DNA of 64,000 nt from a virus (taxonomy: Duplodnaviria; Caudoviricetes). Positions 30,880 to 39,784 of the stretch are shown in pieces (position 1 is the stretch's first letter; the number at the start of each line of letters is the position of its first letter). The notes beneath the pieces were generated by a model that worked only from the letters and a program-made list of their open reading frames with translations, was not told the DNA's origin and made no database searches. The translations under genes and the position numbers were made by a program. Location: IMG/VR virus record IMGVR_UViG_3300048881_000780, one strand, 5' to 3'.

Positions 30880-31818
30880 TTAAAGCTCTCTATTCATTGA
30901 AGGTTTACTAGTTTCGCTAATTCTACTCTGAATTAACATATTAGCTCTCTCTAGGATTTGATCTGTTATTTTTGAATATGCATCTGCAACGTCCTTACAT
31001 CTCCCCTTCTTGTTTTTAAAATCTAAGAAAGACTGATCATTTTGAATCATTGTGTTAATTGCTTCATAAGTTGGAACGACTGGTTTTATCAGTAGATCAC
31101 CATACTTACCTTCAAGGTATTCCAAGCACTCTTTCGATCCTCTTGTTCTCTTGTCGTATTTAGGGATTACTAAACCAATGCAGTCTAACCTATTATTATA
31201 TGCAGAAACGCCTTCATTGATTTCAACAATTAAATCAAATGTATCATTAACACCATCGACCCCATAATCAGATGAAGCAACTGGCATTAAAACACCAAGG
31301 CCCATTGAAGGTCCCTTGTTAAAAGGATTATATGTGGCCGCTATCATTGAATTGTAAATTACTGAGTTATCATTAGATGGCGGTAGATCAATGATTGTAT
31401 AATCAAAATTTTCAAAAACCTTATCGTTTAAAAACTTTGTAATTCTTTGTTGAGAATTTGATAACCCACTTAGAATGTCACTTAGTGAGTACTTATCTCC
31501 ATCTACCCTTTTTTCATTTGGGATAAAGAATAAATTTTCGTGAATTTCTGATTGATAAATTACATCAGATGGAACCATCTCTCTGTTTTTACCAGTTTCA
31601 GGGTCAGTAAAATTATTTTTTGCAAAGTATCTTAATATACCAACATCGACAGTATTACCCTTTGCTAGTGATGATGAAGCATTTCCTTGGATATCTAAAT
31701 CCAATAAGAGAGTTTTTTTTCCTTTATTTGCTAAATTTTGTGCTAGAGCTAAAGCAAAAGATGTTTTTCCAACCCCACCTTTACCCATTGTTACTGATAT
31801 AACTTTATTTTTCTTCAT
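30880..31818 (-). CDS. parA: ParA/Soj-family partition ATPase
   Basis: KGGVGKTS deviant Walker A, LLLDLDIQGNAS, FDYTIIDLPPS. Confidence 0.95.
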   Translation of the reverse strand: MKKNKVISVTMGKGGVGKTSFALALAQNLANKGKKTLLLDLDIQGNASSSLAKGNTVDVGILRYFAKNNFTDPETGKNREMVPSDVIYQSEIHENLFFIPNEKRVDGDKYSLSDILSGLSNSQQRITKFLNDKVFENFDYTIIDLPPSNDNSVIYNSMIAATYNPFNKGPSMGLGVLMPVASSDYGVDGVNDTFDLIVEINEGVSAYNNRLDCIGLVIPKYDKRTRGSKECLEYLEGKYGDLLIKPVVPTYEAINTMIQNDQSFLDFKNKKGRCKDVADAYSKITDQILERANMLIQSRISETSKPSMNREL

Positions 31819-31835
31819 TTTGAAATCCCTCTCAT

Positions 31836-32322
31836 TTACGAAGTTAGTTTTAATGGTCTTCGTAACTTAAAATCCATCTAATTACGAATCTGTATATTTC
31901 TATTTTACTGATTCGTAATTTCTTTGCAAACGAAATCGTAATTACAAATATTAATATATACGAATTCGTGTTTACGGATAACGGTTTACGGGTTCGTGAT
32001 TCGTATGGGTGGAAATCTGTGGTTACGAAGGAGCTTTTATGTAATTACGTATTCGTAAATGCTTTGGTCTGTATTTCGTGTTTTGTGATTCGGGTTTATT
32101 TCTGTCTCGTGATTCGTGATTCGTAATTACGTTGTTTTCGTGATTCGTAATTGTTCGTCTGGGCCTTTGTTATTGATGATAGGGGAGGGGGGTTACGAAT
32201 ATTGACTTCGTAATTGCGCGAAAGCGATAAACAAAAAAATAATCTTGCTTAATTAAAAAATCAAATCTCTTATTTTGTAAGTTGTTAATCACTAAATATT
32301 AAAAGTGTGATTACGAATTACG
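31836..32322. repeat. Putative parS/centromere: many ATTCGTR / YACGAAT heptamers upstream of parA
   Basis: e.g. CTCGTGATTCGTGATTCGTAATTACG near 32106, TTCGTGATTCGTAATT near 32137, GTAATTACGTATTCGTAA at 32041. Confidence 0.75.
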
Positions 32323-32451
32323 TTAAAAAGTCATTTTGACCTATGTTATGGCATTGCTTGTAGTTGATAGCGCCACAGACCGTAAATTGGATCTAAATTT
32401 ATAAATTATCACTTCTTTTAAATACGATAAGTATATTAATAGGAGATATGT

Positions 32452-32754
32452 ATGAAATTAGATAATTTTACTGAAAATGAAATTGTAGATAATGTAGTTA
32501 AGATATGCTCAATGTACATTGATCAATTAGACTATGACTGTGACCAGGATGGATACTTTCCCAGTTGTAAAAGTATTCACGAGATTATTGAAAAATATGT
32601 AGAGAAGAATTTCTCTAATATTAGCGACAATGATTATAAAGTTATCGAGACTGTTTCAGAGTATCAACTTGAACAAAATTTTTCTTGGCCTATGCCTAAA
32701 GATGAGGCCCTAGTTGAGCTAATTAGAGACTCGAGAAAGAGGCTAGCAAAATAA
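32452..32754 (+). CDS. Hypothetical protein
   Basis: 100 aa; AGGAG RBS; TACGATAA box upstream. Confidence 0.75.
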   Translation: MKLDNFTENEIVDNVVKICSMYIDQLDYDCDQDGYFPSCKSIHEIIEKYVEKNFSNISDNDYKVIETVSEYQLEQNFSWPMPKDEALVELIRDSRKRLAK

Positions 32755-32909
32755 CTATTTAATTTTAATAGAATAGATAGTATAATATAACTACCTGTTA
32801 TTACTTAGTTTTTCTTCATATGAAAACCTTAGGGGTATCAATTCTAGGTGATTATATAGGTGCTTTAGTCTCTATGCGTTGGGCCCTTCATATTTCTTAT
32901 AATAGATAT

Positions 32910-33461
32910 ATGAAAACGTTATTCAAATTAGTAACTTTAATTTTATTTTTTACATTCCTGTCTCTTTCATACGTAAAGTATCAAAAAACTAAAGAGCAAT
33001 TATCTGATTACCAGAAAAGAGTGGAGTACTCAAAGTCAAAGGAAATCAACTCGTCTAACTCTAAGTCAAAAAATGATAAAGAAGAGTTAGAAAAGAGTAG
33101 GGTAGTTAAGCAAAGTACAACTTTGCCATCACTTGTTCCACCTGGCTTTAGATCAAAGAAAACTATTCCAGATGCTAATATTAGAGATTTTAAATCAGAA
33201 GAGGAGTTCTCACTTGATGCCACTGATCTAGAGGTTTTATATCCTCTAGATACGGATGATACAGATTTTACAGTGAGTTGTTACTTTCAAAATATGCATT
33301 CAGTGAAACTGGTTAGTTGTACTACCACATCCATGAATTATGGTGAATATAGAGATGACGAAAGAGAGATCTTATTTTCATACTCTCTAAATGGAGATAC
33401 CTTTGATTCAGTTATGGTTGTCACGCCTTATTCCAAAAAGGAATCTCTGGATTCTTTTTGA
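32910..33461 (+). CDS. Membrane-anchored exported protein
   Basis: N-terminal TM from ATG 32910; TATAAT-N6-ATG. Confidence 0.7.
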   Translation: MKTLFKLVTLILFFTFLSLSYVKYQKTKEQLSDYQKRVEYSKSKEINSSNSKSKNDKEELEKSRVVKQSTTLPSLVPPGFRSKKTIPDANIRDFKSEEEFSLDATDLEVLYPLDTDDTDFTVSCYFQNMHSVKLVSCTTTSMNYGEYRDDEREILFSYSLNGDTFDSVMVVTPYSKKESLDSF

Positions 33462-33469
33462 TTTACTAG

Positions 33470-33676
33470 CTATGGCTTTTTCTTATTTGAGGGAAGTGTT
33501 TCTATTGATATTTGAATATTTTTATCAAGATCTTGTACGAACTCTTTAGGCGAGAGGTCCTTATATTCTTTAAGTGAATTTAAAATTGTTAGACATACAT
33601 AGTCGTCAGCATCTTCTATCGACATTTGCTTGCGGGCCTTTAAGTATAAAAAGTGTAGTGACTCAAGTGTATCCAT
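33470..33676 (-). CDS. Small hypothetical protein (paralog of 48779..48985)
   Basis: AAGGAG RBS; MDxxxxxHxLYxKxRxxM shared with the paralog. Confidence 0.7.
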   Translation of the reverse strand: MDTLESLHFLYLKARKQMSIEDADDYVCLTILNSLKEYKDLSPKEFVQDLDKNIQISIETLPSNKKKP

Positions 33677-33927
33677 AAAAACTCCTTTTACTAATTGTAC
33701 TATAGAGTTCTATTTCTCTGTAATTAAGCCGTTGTAAGTATCCATTTCAATGTACTTAGTCAGTCTTCTTATGGGTGGTTCGTAGATTCCTCGATTCAGA
33801 AAGAGTGGTAAAATGTCTTTTAACTATTGGAAATTGTTAATAATTACATAAACATGTCGTACTGCGCTATATTTTGTAGTAAAATAGATATTATAGATGT
33901 TACTGTTGTACCAAGTTGAGGTTGTAA

Positions 33928-34770
33928 ATGTTGTTTCTTAAAGTCTGTTTTTTTATTATTTCTGTTAATTTAATTCTTACTGGAGCCGTTAGCGCTCTTT
34001 TTCTAATTACGCCACTTGCAGGACTAATCAAGAATAGTTACGAAATTGTAGTGCCAATACTTTTTTCATTTTTCGCTACTTCTAATATGTTTCACTTAAA
34101 TAGGGAATCTAGAGATTATAAGAAAAATTACATTGAAGGGAGCTCCAATCAATTTAACGAGAATACTAAGAATAAGAGACTTAGAGATGTTGCAAAAATT
34201 GTAAAGAGAACTGCAAATATGTATAGAATTAAAATGCCTATATTATCGTACACAAAATGCGAAGAAGTGAACGCCTGGGCGTCAAGTCAATTATTTAAAA
34301 GAGATCTACTACACTTCTCATCTGGGGCCTTAGCTGATTTACCTTTGGATAAAATCGAAGGACTTATAGCTCATGAACTATCTCATTTACGTCATGGAGA
34401 TTCATTTAAAACACTCGTTCTCGAGGGCTTTTTTTCAAATTTAAGCTTCATGATTACAATTGCCACTTTTCCAGTGTCGATTATTATGTTTGTAGTAAAC
34501 CTTCTGAGGAATCCATTCTCTAAGAATAAATACCTTGATTTAAAGGTTATTTCATTTGATCACTTATTTGTTCAATATGTATGTTCTGTACAAAGAAAGA
34601 TGGAGTTTAGAGCAGATAAGGACGCAGTCAAGAAGGTTGGTTACGATAGGGTAGTTAGCATCTTAGAATTTTTAAAGGAAAATAATAAGTCTAATTATAC
34701 TTTAACTGAACAGGATCTAAAGATATCTACTCATCCCGACCCAAATCTTAGAATTCTAAATATTTCTTAG
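33928..34770 (+). CDS. HtpX-like M48 membrane zinc metalloprotease
   Basis: VNAWA, AHELSHLRHGD, EFRAD, STHP; TM segments. Confidence 0.9.
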   Translation: MLFLKVCFFIISVNLILTGAVSALFLITPLAGLIKNSYEIVVPILFSFFATSNMFHLNRESRDYKKNYIEGSSNQFNENTKNKRLRDVAKIVKRTANMYRIKMPILSYTKCEEVNAWASSQLFKRDLLHFSSGALADLPLDKIEGLIAHELSHLRHGDSFKTLVLEGFFSNLSFMITIATFPVSIIMFVVNLLRNPFSKNKYLDLKVISFDHLFVQYVCSVQRKMEFRADKDAVKKVGYDRVVSILEFLKENNKSNYTLTEQDLKISTHPDPNLRILNIS

Positions 34771-34771
34771 T

Positions 34772-34800
34772 AAAAAAGGCCTATCGATCGATAGGCTTTA
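34772..34800. terminator. Palindromic terminator between convergent genes
   Basis: AAAAAAGGCCTATCGATCGATAGGCTTT. Confidence 0.7.
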
Positions 34801-35055
34801 AGCTAAAACTAATACAGCGATAATTGAATGATGAAGTTTTACATCTCGTGGACACAGCTCTAGAACTTCTTTTAGTGACTCTATTAACTTTGAAGAAATC
34901 GGCATATAGATTGATAATTCCGTCGCTGATAAATGTTCTTTAAAATAGTATGAGGCATACAGAATAGGCTTCATTTCGTTAGAAGAAAATAACTCAATAT
35001 TGTTAAAAATAAACTCGGTATCAGATTTGTGTACAGTTAAATTAAATTTTTCCAT
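34798..35055 (-). CDS. Hypothetical protein
   Basis: 85 aa; AAGGAG RBS. Confidence 0.65.
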   Translation of the reverse strand: MEKFNLTVHKSDTEFIFNNIELFSSNEMKPILYASYYFKEHLSATELSIYMPISSKLIESLKEVLELCPRDVKLHHSIIAVLVLA

Positions 35056-35172
35056 AAAAACTCCTTGTCTATATTATATCAAGGGTTTTAGTGGTTTTAT
35101 TATTTAACGTAGTGTGTTTTATTTTGAATTCAGTGCTCCTGTGTACGTTATAATGTATATAGGAGGTGTCTC

Positions 35173-35481
35173 TTGTCTTTAAATAACAGAAAAGCCGTTT
35201 ATCTTCAAAATTACGGTAACTTAAACACTATAAAGAGAAAAGTACCTCAATTACAAAATAGAGGACTTGATAGATTTGAAAAAGATATTGATAAATTATT
35301 AATTATGCTTTGGTATATTACGAGAGGAAACCAAGAGAAAATGAGCTTTTGGTTAACTTATCCTTTCAGATCATACTGGGGAATTTCTCCAATCGAGTTC
35401 ATCCTGATTGATCCTCAACTACATATCGCATACGTCATTAGAGATTTAAATAAGTACGTCATAAAAGGAGTCACTCTTTGA
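35173..35481 (+). CDS. DUF2384-like (Xre/MbcA/ParS C-terminal) domain protein
   Basis: GNQEKMSFWLTYPFRSYWGISPIEFILIDP; AGGAGG RBS. Confidence 0.6.
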   Translation: MSLNNRKAVYLQNYGNLNTIKRKVPQLQNRGLDRFEKDIDKLLIMLWYITRGNQEKMSFWLTYPFRSYWGISPIEFILIDPQLHIAYVIRDLNKYVIKGVTL

Positions 35482-36164
35482 TTATTTTATTTAAATCTAA
35501 TTATAAAATCATTAAGAGGTTACCTTTAATGAGTGCTTCAATAGCGGAGCTAGAAAAAGAGGTCTCCATGTATTCGGCAAGTGTCGACTTCTTAAGAAAG
35601 AACGGTGGACCAATAGCCAATATGATTCTATCTTCAATTCCAAAATCTTTTTTCGATGAAGCCAAATCTCTTGGTCTTCATCCTAATATTAGTATTAGAG
35701 TACACAGATTAAACCCTGGTGATTATCCAGCTTATCCAGGTTGGCATTGTGATGGACATCATAGAGAAGGGTATGACTCACAACCTAACGCTTCAAATGT
35801 AACAAATGGGAAGCATATTATTTGCACTATTTCATCTTGTGAAAATGGAGTTTCGAATCCCGAATTTATTGATAGTGATGTAGAGCTTTCGATAAATAAG
35901 AGTAGCAGTGAAAATATATGGGGTCAGGTTCACAAGCAAGTTAGTGATTTAATAAATAATGACAAAATACGAACTTCAGTTTTAAAAGATGGCCAATTAA
36001 CTCAATTTGACAATTGGACTATACATAGAGCCACGTCCACTAAGAGTAGGGGTTGGCGTCTATTCTTTAGAATAAGTATGTGGAATAAAGAAGGTCTTGG
36101 TGATGGTGGGATGATTTCAAAACAAGAGCAGATCTACAAAGTTCTAGAATCTTCAGGATGGTAA
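35478..36164 (+). CDS. 2OG-Fe(II) dioxygenase-like protein
   Basis: YPAYPGWHCDG (HxD), TIHRA (H), GWRLFFR (R). Confidence 0.75.
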   Translation: MIILFKSNYKIIKRLPLMSASIAELEKEVSMYSASVDFLRKNGGPIANMILSSIPKSFFDEAKSLGLHPNISIRVHRLNPGDYPAYPGWHCDGHHREGYDSQPNASNVTNGKHIICTISSCENGVSNPEFIDSDVELSINKSSSENIWGQVHKQVSDLINNDKIRTSVLKDGQLTQFDNWTIHRATSTKSRGWRLFFRISMWNKEGLGDGGMISKQEQIYKVLESSGW

Positions 36165-36245
36165 TTAACCAATACTTTCAGTACGTTAAAAGACACATTG
36201 ATTTTATCTTTACATATGTATATAATATATATACATGGGTTAAAA

Positions 36246-36773
36246 ATGAAAGATGTAATAATTAAATTCGACAACTTTTTAACTGAGAAGAATTTTAGCT
36301 TTGACGTTATAGTAATAGGTGGTGCAGCTCTTAATATTATGGGTGTCACAAATCGTGTAACTAGGGATGTTGATTGTATCGACCCTGAATTATCAGTTAA
36401 AATAAAAGAACTCTCTTATATATTTGCAACAGAAAATTACAACTTAGGACTTGATCCAAATAATTGGTTTAATAATGGCCCTATCTCGATATTAAATGAT
36501 TTAGATAAAGGATGGGAGTCTAGAGTAGTTTTAATATTTGAAGGGAGTTCTTTGAATATATCTACTCTAGGTAGAATTGATTTACTGAAAACCAAGTTAT
36601 TTGCATATTGTGATAGAGATATTGATTATGATGATTGCGTAAAATTAAATCCAACTATTCAGGAATTAAATGAATGTCAAAAATGGGTAAAAGATCGAGA
36701 CGCAAATGATCTATGGCCCAGTCACGTTGATAACTGTTTTAAGCTTATAGCCAAGGGGTTAGGGTATGAGTAA
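36246..36773 (+). CDS. Nucleotidyltransferase-fold protein (DUF6036/AbiEii-like)
   Basis: VIGGAAL...RVTRDVD, KTKLFA, DRDIDYDD; TTGATT-N17-TATAAT upstream supports ATG 36246. Confidence 0.75.
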   Translation: MKDVIIKFDNFLTEKNFSFDVIVIGGAALNIMGVTNRVTRDVDCIDPELSVKIKELSYIFATENYNLGLDPNNWFNNGPISILNDLDKGWESRVVLIFEGSSLNISTLGRIDLLKTKLFAYCDRDIDYDDCVKLNPTIQELNECQKWVKDRDANDLWPSHVDNCFKLIAKGLGYE

Positions 36774-37410
36774 GTTCAATCTATACGAAGATTTATCTAA
36801 AATAGGATTCAGAGTCAATGCTAATTCAAATAAGTCTGAAGATGTTGATATTGAAACAACTTTATTAAAAGCTATTGGTGAGTTTGACAATGACTCAAGA
36901 ATGATTAGCTTAGTTTTTTCTTGGTTAACCGTTCACCATAAACAACTTCTAGCAGATAAGTTATTTAGAAATTTTAAATCAATTGAAAATAAAGAGAAAT
37001 ATAGATGGTTTCCAGCGGTTTGCTCTTTTTTGGTTCACCTTAAAGATTTCAGATTTAGTAAAGGTGTATCTAAAGCTAAAAAACCTATTTACATTGGAGA
37101 TAGAAATAATTCCTTATCTATTAAACGTAAGGGTAATTATGAATTCCTAGAAGGGTTAAATTTCTTTATTCCTATTGGAAATGTTCGAATAAGAGAAAAA
37201 GATATTCTTAATTCTAAAGACTTATCCACCTTAAATTTACAATATAGAAATAGATTAATATTTGGCCCCAACTGGAGATCTGACATTATAACCAGCTTCC
37301 AACAAGGATATAAGAATGCTAACCAGATATCTGTTCATTTGGGTTTAAATAGATCAAGAGTGGGAGAGGTGTTAAAAAGCTATAAATTGATTGAAGAATA
37401 TATAGTATAA
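36766..37410 (+). CDS. Partner of the nucleotidyltransferase with C-terminal HTH
   Basis: Overlapping start; YRNRLIFGPNWRSDI...NANQISVHLGLNRSRV. Confidence 0.65.
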   Translation: MSKFNLYEDLSKIGFRVNANSNKSEDVDIETTLLKAIGEFDNDSRMISLVFSWLTVHHKQLLADKLFRNFKSIENKEKYRWFPAVCSFLVHLKDFRFSKGVSKAKKPIYIGDRNNSLSIKRKGNYEFLEGLNFFIPIGNVRIREKDILNSKDLSTLNLQYRNRLIFGPNWRSDIITSFQQGYKNANQISVHLGLNRSRVGEVLKSYKLIEEYIV

Positions 37411-37439
37411 AACTGTCGTAGCATAAAACTACGACAGTT
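37411..37439. terminator. Hairpin between convergent genes
   Basis: AACTGTCGTAG-cataaaa-CTACGACAGTT. Confidence 0.75.
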
Positions 37440-37444
37440 CTAAA

Positions 37445-38458
37445 TTATTTAATTTCTCTAGGTCCTTCTACAGTGATTGAAGCTATCAGAAAACTTCCAT
37501 ACGAAGTGAGGTGTCTCGTTCCGATCGAACTAACTTCACTATTAGCGACAAATTGAAAAACGATTGTTCCAGAGTCGAGCATACTTCCTGAACCAAGTTC
37601 TTGATTAACATCAAATTCTACTCTAGTAGTTAAGACTCCATCGTGAGCCATAACTTTTAGCTCTCCTAATGGCCCAGCATTTTTTACAAACGGTACAGTA
37701 ACCGTATATGTTTCACCTGGAACAGTTGGAAACCCTTCTGAAATAGTGAAGGGAACTTGTCCTGATATTGTATATGAAACTTGCATACCGTCTATGCTAT
37801 GAAAGGCGTCACCATTTGGTCCAACCTTGCTAAATTGTCCCATACTTGAATCGAACCCTTCAGCAAAAACAGTATCGTGAACTAAATTTCTAATGTATGC
37901 AATTCTTTGAGATCTCTCAATTGAAAATGATCCAATAACACTGCTATTAACTTTTACTTCTACTTGACCGCTTTGATTTTGACCAATTAGAGCATGTTGT
38001 CCAATAACGACAAGAGGAGATGAATCTATACTCGCTTCTACATTTGAAGTATTACCATTAATTGGAAGCTTTACCCAACTTGAAATTCCATCAGCTAAGT
38101 CAAGACTTAGATCACCACCAGCTAGACTTGCACTTTGACCAGCAAAAGAAAAAGCGAATACCTTTCCATTAAACTTTTCATACATAATTAAAGATCTATT
38201 AGGAGGAGAAATAATATCTACAACGTGATCATCACCAACAATAGAGAAATTTAAATAAGTGGATAATCTACTTGAAGATAATGCCGTTTCTCCTAATTCT
38301 TCTTTTGTTCCTATTATAAAGCTACCAGAGTCAGGTAGTTGAACTTCATATACAACTGGGACTTCATAATTTGCAACAGTATTGTCTTGGTTTAAATTCG
38401 AACCAGGCTTTGAACACCCAATTAAAATCAACATTAAAAATAACGAAAGAATTTTCAT
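37445..38458 (-). CDS. Surface lipoprotein: shared N-terminal domain plus one beta-sandwich passenger
   Basis: Lipobox LIGC from ATG 38458 with AGGAG RBS; clear paralog of 39785..41200. Confidence 0.8.
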   Translation of the reverse strand: MKILSLFLMLILIGCSKPGSNLNQDNTVANYEVPVVYEVQLPDSGSFIIGTKEELGETALSSSRLSTYLNFSIVGDDHVVDIISPPNRSLIMYEKFNGKVFAFSFAGQSASLAGGDLSLDLADGISSWVKLPINGNTSNVEASIDSSPLVVIGQHALIGQNQSGQVEVKVNSSVIGSFSIERSQRIAYIRNLVHDTVFAEGFDSSMGQFSKVGPNGDAFHSIDGMQVSYTISGQVPFTISEGFPTVPGETYTVTVPFVKNAGPLGELKVMAHDGVLTTRVEFDVNQELGSGSMLDSGTIVFQFVANSEVSSIGTRHLTSYGSFLIASITVEGPREIK

Positions 38459-38545
38459 ACATATAACTCCTATATAGTTATTTGTATTATAATTTTTTTC
38501 CAAATAATATTAACGAGACAATGTTTCCTGCCTAAGTGTATGAAT

Positions 38546-38833
38546 TTACTTATTTTTCTTTAGTGATAATAACTTCCCTCTAAGTATCTTTTTACGTTCT
38601 TCTTTGTCGTAAGTGTAGATATATACTGACAACTTAACAGGACCATAATCAACGTTATCAGTGGTTGGGTATATATGTGCAAAAATGGATTTTGCATTTT
38701 TGATATTTTTTTTGTTTATTACAGACATAATTAATTCAAATGCTTTATTTGCATCACAATCCATTTCAATTGGAAGACTAAATATGTATGTTTCATTTTG
38801 ATATGATATAGATAAATCCGTAGGTGGATTCAT
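38546..38833 (-). CDS. Hypothetical protein
   Basis: 95-aa ORF. Confidence 0.5.
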   Translation of the reverse strand: MNPPTDLSISYQNETYIFSLPIEMDCDANKAFELIMSVINKKNIKNAKSIFAHIYPTTDNVDYGPVKLSVYIYTYDKEERKKILRGKLLSLKKNK

Positions 38834-38909
38834 ATACCTAGTGATCTTGAAATCCTTTTTTTCTTCAGATAACTTGTTTGATAGATATTTTGAAATTCAT
38901 AATCTATTT

Positions 38910-39194
38910 TCAAAAAACACCTTCTTGATAATTTTCAAAAATTAACTCTATCTCTCCAGGGTCATTTTTTATTAGTATCGGAAACTTTAAATCTTCATCT
39001 CTTTTATTATTTAGATCTTCTGCAACGAAACCTTCAACGAGGTATAATCTATGTTGGTGTTTCTTATATTCCTCTAGTGAATTTATAATCATTTTGTGCT
39101 TAAAGACAGATTTTCTAATTACTAGTCGATTCTTAACTAAATAACCAATTAACTGATTATTTTCAGTATCAATCTCGTAGAATATTTGGGCCAT
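38910..39194 (-). CDS. Hypothetical protein
   Basis: 94 aa; AAGGAG RBS. Confidence 0.7.
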   Translation of the reverse strand: MAQIFYEIDTENNQLIGYLVKNRLVIRKSVFKHKMIINSLEEYKKHQHRLYLVEGFVAEDLNNKRDEDLKFPILIKNDPGEIELIFENYQEGVF

Positions 39195-39237
39195 AGAAAC
39201 TCCTTTATTTAATTATAAATCAAAACCTAGTGGTTTC

Positions 39238-39510
39238 TTACTTTTCTAATTGCATAGTTTTTAAATGGTGGATAATATCTCTGGTTGCACCTGGCTCTTC
39301 GATGGCATACTCTTTTAAGGATAGTCCCAAAAATTCATCACTTGGCACATGAATGAATTCATTTAATTCTCTATTGCTAAGGTTAAAAGTAAGTAGAATA
39401 TTATAGATTTTAATTAGATCTCTTTTAAGATTAATGCTTCTATTTACAACTCTAGTTTCTTTGCTTGTTAGTTTATAAACTATCGATAAGTCTATCATTT
39501 CTGTACTCAC
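39238..39510 (-). CDS. Hypothetical protein, divergent DUF2384-like
   Basis: LNEFIHVPSDEFLGLSLKEYAIEEP resembles the 6653 and 35173 ORFs. Confidence 0.5.
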   Translation of the reverse strand: MSTEMIDLSIVYKLTSKETRVVNRSINLKRDLIKIYNILLTFNLSNRELNEFIHVPSDEFLGLSLKEYAIEEPGATRDIIHHLKTMQLEK

Positions 39511-39569
39511 TAATTAGATTTATATCTATTATAAATTTTTACGATAATAGATATAGACAAGGAGTTACG

Positions 39570-39764
39570 ATGAACAAGAAACAAAAAGAAGAATTAATAA
39601 ATGTAATAGCAGAGGTTTATCCTGAGGCAATTCAATCGATGGCCAAAACGATTTCAATAATTACTCTTACTATTTATGAAGAAGATGATGCCATTGGGGA
39701 TTTGAATACTATTTCGAGTGAAATATTAGAGATGATCAAGAAAAAGGTTGATAAGTCCTTTTAA
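39570..39764 (+). CDS. Small hypothetical protein
   Basis: AAGGAG RBS and TACGATAA box before ATG 39570. Confidence 0.7.
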   Translation: MNKKQKEELINVIAEVYPEAIQSMAKTISIITLTIYEEDDAIGDLNTISSEILEMIKKKVDKSF

Positions 39765-39784
39765 TTAAATCATCTCTATTAGAA

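Noticed and set aside
33705-33890. Minus-strand reading frame interrupted by one TAG (possible stop-codon recoding)
   Set aside because: TAG ends many ordinary genes here (e.g. nrdA) and coding density is high under code 11, so this is a remnant or chance
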